From positions 1 through 63,959 of the forward strand of contig QPMI01000447.1 in assembly GCA_004431415.1 (NCBI GenBank): a DNA stretch of 63,959 nucleotides. Reading direction: 5' to 3'. Shown here in pieces: positions 1 to 11,855 of the stretch; position 1 is the first letter of the stretch; each line of letters starts with the position of its first letter. The translations under genes were made by a program, and so were the position numbers. The notes below the pieces were generated by a model that saw only the letters and a list, made by a program, of their open reading frames with translations, made no database searches and was not told where the DNA came from. Source of the stretch: Cyanophora paradoxa CCMP329. Taxonomy: Eukaryota > Plantae > Glaucophyta.

Positions 1-1825
1 TGATCTCGGGCTGCGGGCACGAGGGGCGCGTTGAGGAAGCCGAGGCGCTCTGGGCGGAGTACTGGTCCCGCCTCGGCCTCCCGCCCCTCCTTCCAGCCCG
101 GCCCCGGCCCTGACCCGGCGCCCGAGCCGCCGCCGCCCGGCCGCCGAGCCCCGCCCCGCGGCAGCGGGCGCAGCACGGGCCGCAGCGGGGGCGGCGGAGG
201 GCGCCGGCGCCGCCGGACGCGGCGGAGTCGGGGCCGGTCTGGGTCGCCCTGGCGGACGTCTACGCCCGCGCCGGCGACATCGACAGGGCGCGCCCCCGCC
301 CCCGCCCCCGCCTCCGCCCCCGCCTCGCTTGCCGCGGGGCCCCGTCTGACAACCGGGCGGCGGGGCAGGCGCAGCGGGTGAAGGCGGGGATGCTCGGGGC
401 CGGGCTCCCCGTGCCCCCGCGCGTCTTCAACGTCATCGCCCACGCCTACTCCGAGGCCCCCGCCCCGCCCCGCCAAGCGTGTTCTGTTCGGCCGCTGACC
501 CCGAGGGCAGCGGGGGGACCTGAGCGGGGTGATGGCGCTGAGGGGGGAGATGAACCGGCTCGGGGTGCGCCCCAACGTCGTTACCTTCACCTGCTTCATC
601 TCCGCCTTCTGCCGCCAGGGCGACACCAACATGGCCGGTACCCCCCGCCCCGCCCCGCACGACCGCACTCGTACCCCTGCCCCGCCCCGACCCCCCCTTG
701 AAGAGGTCCTGTTCGAGGAGATGCGCCTGGCCCGCGTGCGGCCCGACATCAAGGTCCGCGCCCTGTACCCCTCCCTCCCCTCCCCCCCCCTCCGACCCCT
801 CCCTCCCCTCCCGCAGGTCTACGGCGCGATCATCGACGGCCTCGTGAAGCGCGGTGCGCCGCTGTACCCCCCTCTGGGACCGCTGTACCCCTCACGCGGG
901 CCGCAGGGGACGTCGACGGGGCGATGCGGTACTACCGCTCCCTCGGGAGGGACCGTGCGCCTCCTCCGCTGTACCCCCCCTCCGGTGCCTCAGGCGGGCG
1001 GGGCCAGGGCTCCAGCCGAACCGGGTGATCTACGGGAGCGTCATCGAGGGCCTGGCCGCCGTCCGCGGCGACACCGACGCCGCCGCCCAGGCCCGCCCCC
1101 GCCCCGCCCCCGGCCTCCCACGGCCCCCGCCGAGGCCCGGGGGCAGGTTTGGAGCGAGATGGCGGCGCGCGGGCTCGAGCCGACCTTCACCTGCTACCGC
1201 GCCATGATGCGCGGCTACGCCAAGCGGGTGCGCCCTACCCCCCTCCCTTCTCCCCCCCCCCTTTGAACGGGCGGGCGCGGGACTGGGGCAGGGGGAGGCG
1301 GGGCGGGCGCTGGAGCTGTACCGCGAGCTGGTGGCGACGGGCCGGGCGCCCGACGCCGGCGTCCTCGAGGCCCTCATCCTCGCCTCCGCCGCCCAGGAGG
1401 CCCCCGGAGGCGGCCCCGGGGGCGGCGGGGCGCACGGGGCGGTGCGGCGGGTGGTGGAGGGGGCGGGGGCGGGGGCGGGGGGCGGGGGCGGGGCCGGGGC
1501 CGGGGGCGGGGCCTGCCCCTCACCCTCGCCGACCTCGAGGAGGCCGCCCGCGCCCTCCAGTCCGCCCGCCACCGGCACGGGCCGGCGCCGGGGCCGGCGC
1601 CGGGGCCGGGGCGTCCGGCCTCGCCCGCACCATAACCCTTTCGCGAGTTGCAAGAACAGTGATTCTTGGGCATTAAAATTGAAATATTCGGTGCAGCCAT
1701 GGCCAGTCACTGCGTCAGGCGGCGACTCAGGCGGCGGAAGCTTAACTTTGATCGTCAGCAAACCGCTGAACGCATGTAAACGAACTCGGAATTCGAACGT
1801 GCCGCAGTGCGGGTCTCGTCGTTGA
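1..1825 (+). CDS. Pentatricopeptide-repeat (PPR) protein, multi-exon, 5' end outside window; 3' end uncertain
   Basis: Exons give successive PPR motifs: ISGCGHEGRVEEAEALWAE, VWVALADVYARAGDIDR, VFNVIAHAYSE|RGDLSGVMALRGEMNRLGVRPNVVTFTCFISAFCRQGD, LFEEMRLARVRPDIK|VYGAIIDGLVKR, GLQPNRVIYGSVIEGL, VWSEMAARGLEPTFTCYRAMMRGYAKR. Introns include 456-510 and 1091-1146 (both GC-AG). Confidence 0.92.
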
Positions 1826-2148
1826 GATGCTCGACGCTTCTAGCGTAGGCGGCAGAAGTTTAGTGCAACTAGTACTAGTACTTGGCAAATCGTTCCTCGC
1901 GGTTGCTGGACCGGCGCGCGGTGCGCAGGAGCAATGTGCGCAGAGGGGGGTACGACGCACAGGCCCGGTGGGTCGAAGCGCGCCCGGGCTCCTGCCTTCG
2001 CGCAGCTCAGCGGCTCAACTGCCCAGCGGGTCAGCGCATCGCTGCCAAGCGGAATCTCGGCCGGCGCCCGGCGGAACATCGAGAGCGTGAATCACGCCTT
2101 CGGCAACCTGGTGGGAGGGTCGGAGCTCGAGCTCGTGCCAGCCGCTTG

Positions 2149-2240
2149 GACGGTTTTTCGCTGTCGCCGATTTGTATGGCGGCCTTACGATCGGAGGCTT
2201 ACCGACGTTACCGTGCGTAAGCCGACAGCGAAAAACCGTC
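2149..2240. mobile_element. 92-bp mini-MITE-like element with 18-bp terminal inverted repeats
   Basis: GACGGTTTTTCGCTGTCG (2149-2166) and CGACAGCGAAAAACCGTC (2223-2240) are a perfect IR. It shares the TTTCGCTGTC core with the TIR at 8852/9641. Flanks are TTG/TGG (imperfect 3-bp TSD). Confidence 0.55.
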
Positions 2241-2479
2241 TGGGAGCCAGCTTGCAAGTTGGAGGACAGCGCGTCGAGCTCGTGCCAGCCGCGTGAAAAG
2301 CAGCGTCGCGCACGCACCGCGCGCGACTTGCTCGCACAGCAAATCATCGGCGATCGAGAGCGTGATTATCAGCGCAAGGCAACCGCGCTGATTACCAGAG
2401 CTCGAGCTCGACCTATGTCTAGATCTTCGCCAGAAGGAGTGCGGGACGGCGAAGATGCGGAAGGCGCTCCGCATTCGAA

Positions 2480-5400
2480 TGGATACTTGAGGGCAGCCGT
2501 TTTCAAAGCCGAGGAGTGCTCCCCGCGGTCGGAGTGGATCGTCAGCGCCAGCAGCTGCTGGAGCGGCGATCGCGGCGGGCCCCGTTGCGAAGATCAGAAG
2601 CCGCAGCCGGAGTCCCCGTTCGTGCTTGCGCACGCCCAGCTCTCGCCGGCCACCCGCGAGCCGAACGTGCGTGCACACCCGGGGCCCCGGCCGCGGCCCG
2701 CCGGCAGCGCGCGCGCGCGTTCGCTCCGAGCCGGCTCGAGCCCAGCGCGTGAGCTGACGATCCCGCGCACGCAGTACCGCGGTCGGTACCGATTTCCGGT
2801 CGTCGAGACGAGCGGCGCACAGGACGAATACAATCTCATCGTGCGTCTAGCACGCCTGACAGGATGACTGATTCTCTGATATCTCGTTCTCTCCGCCGCA
2901 GACCGTCCGGTGCGAACGGAAACTGCTCGGATCTACCTGTGTGCCCGCCTGCGATGCTCGAATTTATGCGCGCGCGCGGGGCAGGCGGTACCGGCTGCAG
3001 ATCCGCGAGGGGCCGGAGGAGTCGGCGGAGTGGGCTGACGCGGCCCTTCGCCTCACACTCGTCTACGACGGTTCGAATCCGCACCCCCCCCGCCGGGGCC
3101 GCCCCGCCCCGCCCCGCCTCGCCCGCCTCGCCGAGCCCCGCGCCGCGCCGCAGACGACGGGAGCGCGGTGCGCGGGAGCGACGTGGCCGGCCCGCTGCTG
3201 ACCTTTCCCCCGGCCACCGCCGACCGAAACGGCCGCTACGGCGTCCCCGCCCGCGAGGCGCGCGCCCGCGCCCCTCCCCGGCCTTGGCCCCGTCCCGCGC
3301 CCCCTCACCGGCCCCGCGGGCGGCGGCAGGTGCGGCTGACGTTGAACGCGGAGGGGGTCAGCGGGGGCACCTTCGGCGTCCAGGCGAGCACCTACCGCCA
3401 CAGCGGCCGCCTCTTCCGCCTCGTCATCGAGCGCGCCGCCTGGGGCGGCGACGCGGAGGGGGCGCGCTGGCAGCTCCTCCCCGGCCGCATCCGCCTCCGC
3501 ACGGCCGCCCACGCGCCGCGGGCCGCGCGGCCGCGCAAGCCGGCGGTGCTGCCCGGGCTCGCCTGGCGGGGCCGCGGGGCCCCGGGCCCGGGCGCCCGGC
3601 GGCGGCTCCTCCTCCTCGGCCTCGGGATCGCCGTGCGCCTCCCCCTCCGCCTCCCTCTCCCCAGAGCTGGAGCAGCCCTCCCGGAGCGCCCCGCGCGGCG
3701 CCGGCGCAGCGCGGGCGGCGCCCCGCCGCCGCCCCGCCCCCGCCCCCGCCGCCGTTGTCGTCGCCCCACCTTCGACTTCGCATCGGAGGGGGGGCCGGAG
3801 CCGGAGGCCGGGCCGGCCGCGCCCCCGCCCGACGTCTCCGCCTCCGACCCTCCAGCCCGCCCCGGCGGCTCCGGCTCCTCCGGCTCGCCCTCCTCGGACG
3901 GCGGCTTGGAGCCGGCGGGGAGCCCGAGCCGGAGCCGGGCCCGTGCCTCGCGCCGGCGCCCCGGAGGCGCCGGAGGGCGGGGACGGCCTCGTGTTCTCCG
4001 CGCTGGAGGCCCTGCGGGACCTCCGCATCGGCGGCGGCGCCCCGGGGCCGGCGCCGGGGCGCCCCGGCTCGGCGGCGAGCTCGAGCTCGGGGTCGGGCGA
4101 CTGGGGGGCGGCGCCGCCCTCCCCGGGGCCTTCGGGGCCGCCCTCGACAAGGCGGACATCGAGGACGAGGCGCGCCTCTGGGCGCCGCCGCCGCCGCCGC
4201 CGCCGGCGCAGTCTACCCGCCCCCGGCCGAGGACCGCGCCGCGCCCGCCATCCGCGTGGCGCCCGCCATCCGCGCGGCGCCCGCCGCCCACACGCTCATC
4301 GTCGCGCCTACCGGCACTGTGACGGGCGGGCGCGGGCGGCGGCGGAGGAGCGCGTCCGGGCGGTGCGGGCGGGCGTGCTGCGGGCGGCGGGGGCGGCGGG
4401 GCTCGCGCACCCCGTCGCGGCGGCAGCGGTGGAGGCCCTCGAGGCGGACCCCGTCGGGCGGCGCTTCCTCGCCACTCTTGAGGCCGCCTGCGCCGACCTC
4501 GCCGCCGTCCGCCCCGCCCCAGCCCCCGCCCCGCCCGCCCGCCCGCGAGCGCCCCCCGACCCTTCCCCCTCTCCCGCGGCAGGCGCTGGCCTCGCCCGAG
4601 GTCTTCGACACGGCCCTCTTCCGCACGATGGTGCCCGCCTGCCCGCCCGCCCGGGCCGCCGGCGCGCTCGGCTCAGGCTCACGGGGGCGCAGGACGGGCG
4701 GCTGGAGGCGCGGTGGGCCCTGGAGGACCTCCGCCTCTGCGGCACCGCCCGCCTGGCCCGCCCGCCCCGCCCGCCCGCCCCGCCGGCTCCGCTCACGCCG
4801 TCGCCGTCGCCCGCCGAGCAGACGGAGGGCGTGCTGGGCCTCTGGCGCTCGACCCTCGCCAACGCCTTCACCCCCGCCCCTTCGCCAGGCCCGCCGCCCC
4901 GCGCCCCGCGCCCGCCCCCGCGCCTCCGCCCCCGCCTCGAGCCGGACTTGGCGCTCCCCGCAGGGACGACGCGGTGCTGATGGCGGAGCACGCGTGGAAC
5001 CTCCTCGACGTCCTCACGGGGCCCGTGCGCCCCGCGAGCGGCCGTCTGCCGGGGGCGGGCGGGGCCAACGTGGGGGACAGGTGGTGGTGACGGTGCCGGA
5101 CCTGCTGCCCGTCCCCCGCGACTTCTTCTTCGAGGCCCGCCCCGCCCCGCCCCGCCCCGGCCCGCGCCGCGCCGGCCTCGCGGGCTCGGGCTGAGAGCGG
5201 GGCGGGCAGCTGCTGCGGGGGCGGGGGCGTGCGTGGAGCAGCACGCGCGGCGGGAGCTGGCGGCGGGGGACCCTTCCCTCGCCGCCCGCGCCCTCGCCCG
5301 CCGCGCCCGCGCCCTCGAGCACGTGCGGCCCGCCCGCCCCGCCCCGCCCGCCCGGCACGCCCCGGCACGCCCGCCCGCCCTCGACCCTCCCCCGCGACAG

Positions 5401-7467
5401 TTCCGCGACTCGCTCGGCGCCGTCGAGGCATACGTGCGCCGGCCGCCCCGCCCCGCCGCGCCCCGCTGAAGGGGGCGGGGGGGGCAGTTCGAGGCGTGGG
5501 CGGTGCTGCAGCGGGCGGGGCACTCGCCCTCGCGCCTCGAGGCGCACGTCATCCGCGAGCTCGCCGACATCCACAGCGCGCCCCGGCCCCGGCCCTCGCG
5601 GCGCCGCTCTAGATGCACAGAGGCCAACTAGTTAACAACGGTCGCCGGCGGCTCACGCGCGCGCCTTTCCTTGCGCAGCGCGGCTGCCGGGGCGGTTCCA
5701 CCTGGGGCGGCACCTCTGCGAGCGCATGTACTGGTACCGCGAGGCGCGAACCCGCCACCCCCCCCCCCCCCCCCCCCCCCCCCCCGCGGCTCGAACTGTG
5801 CGGGCAGACGGAGGGGACCTGTACCAGGAGGCGCTGTGCCTGTACACGGCGGGGCAGGAAGCCGGCGTCCGCGGCTGCCTCCGCGACTGCAAGGTCCGCC
5901 CCCGCACCCGGCCCCGGCCCCGCCCCCGGCCCCGGCGGCTGCCCCGCGAGGGAGACGGAGCGCGGGAGGCCGCCGCCCGCCCCGCCCGGGGGTCTATCTA
6001 GCCCGGACCGCTTGCACGGGACGCGGCCGCCGCCTGCGCCTGCGCTCGCCTCGCCTCACACGCGGGCGCAGGGGCAGCTGCGGCGCTCGATGGAGATCCT
6101 CTCCTCCATGTCCCCGGGCCACAGGCGCCGGCCCCGCCCCGCCCCGCCCCGCCCCGCCCTGCGGGGCGTGACGGGGGCGGGGGCAGGGTGATGTACCCGC
6201 GCGTCGCCAACCTGCTCTTCATCGCGAGCCTCCACTCCTTCGACATCCCCGCCGCCGTCTCGGCCCGCCCCCGCCCCGCCCCGCCCCCCCCGCGCCGCCC
6301 GCCCGCGCCGGCCCGCTGAGGCGCCGGCCCGCTCGGGACCCCGCCGGCCCCCCGCAGAGCGCGAACCGGGCCTTCTCCGCCAGCGCCGCCGTGCACGGGT
6401 GCGCCGGCCCCGCCCCGCCCCGCCCCGCCCCGGCGGCTCGGCGGCGAGGAGCGCCCAACAGCCGCCCCGCAGGTTCAGCTTCCCGGAGCACGATGTGGCG
6501 AGCCCCGTTCGCGACCGCGTCGTGCGCCCCGCCACGCCACGCCCCGCCCCGCCCGGCCCCGCCCGGCCGAGCCTCGCGGGGCCGGGGGCGCAGAGGGCGC
6601 ACGTGGAGGCGGGGGTGCCCCTCCCCAGCGAGACCCGCGCCCCCGGCCCCGACGTGCGCGCCCCGGCCCCTCCTCCTCCCCCTCCCCGCCCTCCCCTCGC
6701 GCGTTCCTGTGTCCCCTTCTCCTCCTTTCCACACGCCCGCATCTCCCCCCTCCCCCGCCCATCCCCCATTCTGCCTCCTCCTCCTCGCTCCCCTTCGCCC
6801 CCCGGCCTCGCTGCAGCTGAATTCGGCCCCCGCCTCGCGGCGCGTGCCCCGCAGACCTTCGTTCGCATCTACCGCTTCACCATCCGCCTCCTCAGCGTGC
6901 GCCCTCCGGGCCCCCGCCGCCCCCGCCGCGATCCCGACGCGAGGCGGCCCGACGCGAGCAGAAGCTCTCGCCCCGGGCGCGGCGGACGCAGCAGGTCGTG
7001 GAGGGCCACACCCTCTACCAGCTCGGCCAGGCCTACGCCGAGATCGGTCCGCCGCCCCCGACCCCACCCCCGCCCCCGCCCCCTCCCGTACGGCGAGGAT
7101 CCGAGCGCGGGGCACGCGCAGGGGAGTGGGACAAGGCCCTCGGGTGCCTCAGCCGCGCCTGGGCGGGCCTCTACAGCCTCTACCCCGTGCGCCCCCTCGA
7201 GCCCGCCGCGCGCCTCATGATCAGCAATCCCGAGCCGCTGACCGCGGGCGGCGGGCGGGGCGCGGGCAGGCCTACTTCCCCCCGCGGCTGGGGCGCGTCC
7301 AGGAGCTCTGGGCCTCCATGGGGCGCTGCCGCGCCGCCCTCCAGCTTGCCCCCGGGCGGCCCGCCCCGGCGCCCCCCTTCCCCCCCTTCGAATTCCCCGA
7401 TATGGCCTGCGGCGACGCCCTCAAGGCGCCCCTCCCGGCTGCCCCGCCTTTGCCTTCTTTATCGTAA
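2480..7467 (+). CDS. Large multi-exon hypothetical protein with TPR-like helices near the C-terminus; 5' boundary uncertain
   Basis: Coding blocks are separated by short GT/GC-AG introns (e.g. 5135-5209, 6125-6186): RYRLQIREGPEESAEWADAALRLTLVYD, VRLTLNAEGVSGGTFGVQASTYRHSGRLFRLVIERAAW, ADGGDLYQEALCLYTAGQEAGVRGCLRDCK, VMYPRVANLLFIASLHSFDIP, VEGHTLYQLGQAYAEI|GEWDKALGCLSRAWAGLYSL. The last exon ends PAAPPLPSLS*. Confidence 0.7.
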
Positions 7468-8851
7468 AGCAGCGTCGACGTAAACCATTCCAGTCAGCGG
7501 GCCTGACTATGTGATCTATAAATTAAGAAGCGCCGATTTTATAAATATGTGTGATCGATCCGGAGGATTTTAGACGTTCGTGGGAACGTTCGTGGGGACG
7601 TTCGAGGGGAGATGTCGGACTGGGGCTTAGAGCAGCTGGCCGGCCAGCTGCTCTGACTGCCCTATCAGGACTCGGTCGTCTCTCGAAGCTGCGGCTGGGG
7701 CCCCCTTCACGCTGGGGGCGGTACGCCTCCTTGCGCACGCCGGGCGCTCTCCCGCTTGGCGCGCGCCTCCCCGCCCTTCGGCGCCGCGCCTCGCGCGATG
7801 GGGCGGGCGCAGGGAGCCCGAATCGCTGCGCCCTCGCAGCTGGGGCGGCGGCGGCCCTTCTCTCGCTCGGTGCGCGCCTCGCCTCTAGCGGCCCGTCCCC
7901 TCTAGGCGCCCGTCGGCGTCTCCGTCCTCTGACTCGCGCGCTTGCAGAAGTCTGGAGCTGCGGGGCGTTCACGGCGGCGACGAAGATCCAGCTCGCAGCT
8001 TCAGGCTTGCTGAAGGTTCGCGAGTCTCTCCCTGCCCGACGCCCTCTAGACGGTGGGGTCTTAGCTCTAGCGACGGCCCTCAGGTGCCGTCGCTGGTGCC
8101 AGACCTTGCCGTCTAGATAGATTATTATGCATTATTGCCTTGCGCGTCTGGGAAGCTGACTTCGATTTTCTGCAGAGCTATCAACGCTCAGCGGCTCTCG
8201 CGGTACGCCCAGCTCACGCCCTTTCCCGCCCCGCCCCTCCCCGCGCCCCACCCAACTTAGCTCACGGCTATTATAATAATATTGAATAAATTATATTCCT
8301 GAATTCAAGAGCAAGGGGCGAGGCCCAAGAGCCCGGGGGCAGGGGCTCCGGGACGGGGCCCGGGGCAGGGGTGGGGGGCAGGGCGGGGCGCCGGCGAGCG
8401 CGGCGGGAGCGGGGGGCGTGCGGGGCGCGGGGGCACTGTACCGGGGCGCCAGGGGGTGCATGATCATGAGCCGGGGTGCTGGGTACGGGGGCGCCGGCGC
8501 GGCGCGGCCGGGGGCGCTAGCGCGCGCGCGGCGGCGGATACAATATATATATAATATATAAAGGGCCACTGACTTGCCGCGCGCGTCAGTTGGGTCCGGG
8601 GAAGGGCATGTAACCGCGGCGTATCCGAAAATCTAGATGCAGAGAGCAGGGACTTATGCATAAGCTTAAGCTTAAGAAGGCGCGCGGTGCACGTGGGCGG
8701 GCGAGCCGCCGGGCCGGCTCCGAGGCTGGCCATGCCAGGCGAGCTGTCCTCGCGATCGAGGCGAGCTGTCCTCTAGAGGTAGGTAGTCCTCAGGGCCTAG
8801 CTATATAGGGCGCGGGCCCCGGGGGCGGGGGATGGCTCGAAATTGAACCTT

Positions 8852-9641
8852 GGCTGTGTTTCGCTGTCAGGGATTTGTATGGGAGCCGCGCTGCGTAAGC
8901 ACTACGTAGTTAAAACATGATGGTGATGTCACGTTTTGCATGATGTCAGGTTAATTTCGAAGTAATTTCGAGTCTCTACGTAGCTAGCGCGGGTGTCCTC
9001 CTCGACCTCGTGCCGTAGCTCTGCCCTTTCGCATCGTCCTGCTTCGCCTCCGCCTCCATGTCGTCTTGTTGTTCCTCTTACTTGTCTTCTTCCTGTTATT
9101 TATCTTTCTCAATTTTGTCCCCCGCTTCTTAGTGATGTAATTCCTTCTGATATTGATGGTATCTCTAGCTCTGGCTCTTCTTCGTGTCAGTTATCCTCTG
9201 TCCCTAGATCTGCTCGATTTATCGTCTCTTCTCGCTATCGATCTGTCTCGAGCTCTGTGTCTTTCCTTTTTTATTGTCGATTTTGGCTCTTTGTCTTATC
9301 TTTCTTCGTGCTCTTGTCTTAGTTATTTTGCTTTTTTGTCTTTATGCCCCCTGGGCAGCCCCCGCAGTGCTGGTGTCTAGAGACTGTGGCCGGTAATTCA
9401 CCAAAAAAAAATAGCGCGGGCGCTAATTCTTTACGATTAGCGCCCGTCATCGGAAGCTACGTTCTTAGGATTTCTAGTGAAACAGCCAATGGGATGCCAG
9501 TGCCGGATGGGTACGCAAAGTATCAGCACACTACGAGCTCGGAGCAAGCGACACCCAGACGGCACTTACATCATGATGGCATCACACTTTTTTCCCCACA
9601 GTTAATTTTCACTGCGTAGTGGGCGACAGCGAAACACAGCC
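8852..9641. mobile_element. Non-autonomous PIF/Harbinger (Tourist-like) MITE carrying a nested retroposon
   Basis: Perfect 17-bp TIRs GGCTGTGTTTCGCTGTC (8852-8868) and GACAGCGAAACACAGCC (9625-9641), flanked by the 3-bp direct repeat CTT (8849-8851, 9642-9644). Confidence 0.8.
8994..9411 (+). mobile_element. 5'-truncated poly(A)-tailed non-LTR retroposon (SINE-like or LINE 3' end)
   Basis: Ends ...GGCCGGTAATTCACC(A)9 and has the 9-bp TSD TAGCGCGGG (8985-8993, 9412-9420). Near-identical inverted copy at 11856-12290. Confidence 0.85.
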
Positions 9642-10328
9642 CTTGTGTGGACGTGCTCGAGCTCCTGCGCATTCCCCGCGCGCGTGAGGCCGCCGGGCGT
9701 GGCGGGTGCACGAGTGCGCATGTGCTGCGGGTGCGTCACAGCATGGCGCGGAGGCGCGCGGCGCCTAGGCCTAGGCCTAGGGGCTGGCCTAGGGCCTAGC
9801 TATAGGCCTCGAGCTCCGCGCGATCTAGATCTGGGCGCGGGCGCGGGAACGCTGCTCAAGCTCACGCTCCGCTCAGAAAGCGGCCGGAGGGTCCGTAAGG
9901 GCGCTTGCGCAGCGGGCCAGCTCATGATCAGCGGCTGCAGCAAGCATGCGCATCGCGCGCGCGGGGGGGCTCTGCGTTGCGCGGCGCGCGCGCCGCGCGG
10001 GCGTCGGCTTGTTGCAAGTGGCATAGCCGGCCAAGTGCGGCCGGCTTGCGGCCGGCTTGTGCAATTGCGTCGGGGCGTGCGCGGTTGGCGCGGGTGAAGC
10101 GTGCGCGGCTGGCGCGGCCAGCCGCTGAGCTACAGCAAGCTGCCGCGCGAGCGAGAGGCGTAACCATTGTTGAGCCGAGCCGAGCTGCGGCGCCGGCGCC
10201 CGCGGGGGAGAAAGCGGTTGGGGGGGACCGTAAAAAGACTTTTGCGCCCGGAGCACTACGACTGCAGGCAACGAGCCGCCCAGCGCGAGCGTGGACTGTA
10301 GATGCGCGCTTTCGACCGACAGACGCCC

Positions 10329-11472
10329 ATGTTTGCCACCTGGCCGAGCCCGGCTCCCGCGCGGGCCCCGGATGCCCCCGCGCGGCACCCACAGTGCTGC
10401 TGCGCCGGGGCTCTCCGAAGCGCCCCATCTCCTCCGATCAGGAGCCGCGGGATCAGCGCCTGCCGGCGCGACGTCGACGCGGCGCGTGCAGCAGCGCCGC
10501 GTTGGGCGGGGACGCGGCTGTGTGGCGGCCGCGGTGCAGTGCGAAGCCTGTGGCTCGGAAGGCCAGCGCCCAGTGTCCCGGGGTTGCCATCGCGGGGGCC
10601 GGCGCGCAGCGAGCGCCGGGGCGCCGCGCGATGCGCTGCGGAGGACGGGGCGGGCGCGGGCGACGCGGCCCCCGGCGCGACGCTCACGGCGGTGGTCGTC
10701 GAGGCGGCGTCCGAGGAGGACGCGCGCCCTCTGGCGGCGCTCGACGCGGCGACCCTCGAGGGGATGTGGACCGAGGGCGGGTACCTCGAGGAGGTCGCCT
10801 CCAGCGCCAGCGACCTCATCGTACGCCCCCCCGCTTCCTCCCCCCTCCCCCCCGCCTCCGCTCAGCCGCCCCGCAGGTGATGCGGGCGCCGGGGGCCGGC
10901 CCCGGGGGCGCCCTCGCCGCGGCGGCGTGCCTCTTCTCTGTGCTCGGCGAGTCGAGCCTCGTGATCTTGACGGTGGAGCCCTCGTACCAGCGCCAGGGCT
11001 TCGGCGCCTGGCTCTGCGCCCTCGCCCTCCAGCGCGCCCTCGCCCGCGGCGACTTCGCCTGCTACCTCGAGGCGCGTACCCCTCCCCCGGCCCGGGCGGC
11101 GCGCGTACCCCTGTCTGAGGGCCCCGGCAGGTGCGCGAGTCAAATGCTGAGGCTCAGTACCTGTACGGACTCTTCGGTTTCAAGGCCGTCGGCCGGCGCA
11201 AGGGTTACTACGAGGACGGTCTGTCCGCCGCGCGCGTGCGGGGCCGCCCGCTGCGCCCGACACGCAGGCGTGCCCCCCGCGCAGGAGAGGACGCGGTGAC
11301 GATGATGGCTGTGCTCACAGACCCTCTGGTCGCCTCCGCGATCCGATCCCAACGCGAGCGCGCTGAGGCGAAGATGGCCGCGGCGGGGTACGCCCCGCTC
11401 CTCGCCCTTGCTCCGGCGCCCGAGGGCGGCATTCCCGGGTACATGCACCTCTCCCGGGGTCCCTCCCGCTGA
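10329..11472 (+). CDS. rimI: RimI-like GNAT N-acetyltransferase with a long N-terminal extension (possible organellar transit peptide)
   Basis: Four exons: 10329-10820, 10877-11071, 11131-11218, 11285-11472. Motifs LTVEPSYQRQGFG (acetyl-CoA motif A) and YLE|VRESNAEAQYLYGLFGFKAVGRRKGYYEDGEDAVTM (RimI signature). Intron 11072-11130 is GC-AG. Confidence 0.88.
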
Positions 11473-11855
11473 TTCTCCGCCCCGACCCGGTCATTACCTC
11501 CACGTACATGCGCCTTCCCCCCTCTTGCCCCCCCCCCCCCCCCCCCCCTCCCCTTCCTCCCACCCTCCGGTCCTGCCACCTGTCCCCCCCTCCCATCCCA
11601 TCATGTTTCACCTTTCTATGTATCCGGACCTCCGACTGCTCCTTTCTCAATCAAGCTCCTCTCATCATGATATCCTGTCCGCCTGAGCATTTCAGTGTTC
11701 GGGTATTTCGGGTTCACGCTTGCTTTAATCATTTTATTAGATTAGTAAGATTGATACTTCAATTATAAGATTGGTGAGTAAAGATCTCGCTTCGAATGCG
11801 CATCGGGGGCCTTCGGGGCTCGGGACTGGATCTATCCTTAATATTAATTAGCCTC

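Noticed and set aside
2864-5194. 776-aa ORF and many other long Pro/Arg/Gly ORFs
   Set aside because: Artefacts of very high GC reading through introns; the real coding sequence switches frame at splice sites.
7523-8120. 189-aa ORF or possible solo-LTR region
   Set aside because: Low-complexity translation; no terminal motifs, TSD or second copy seen.
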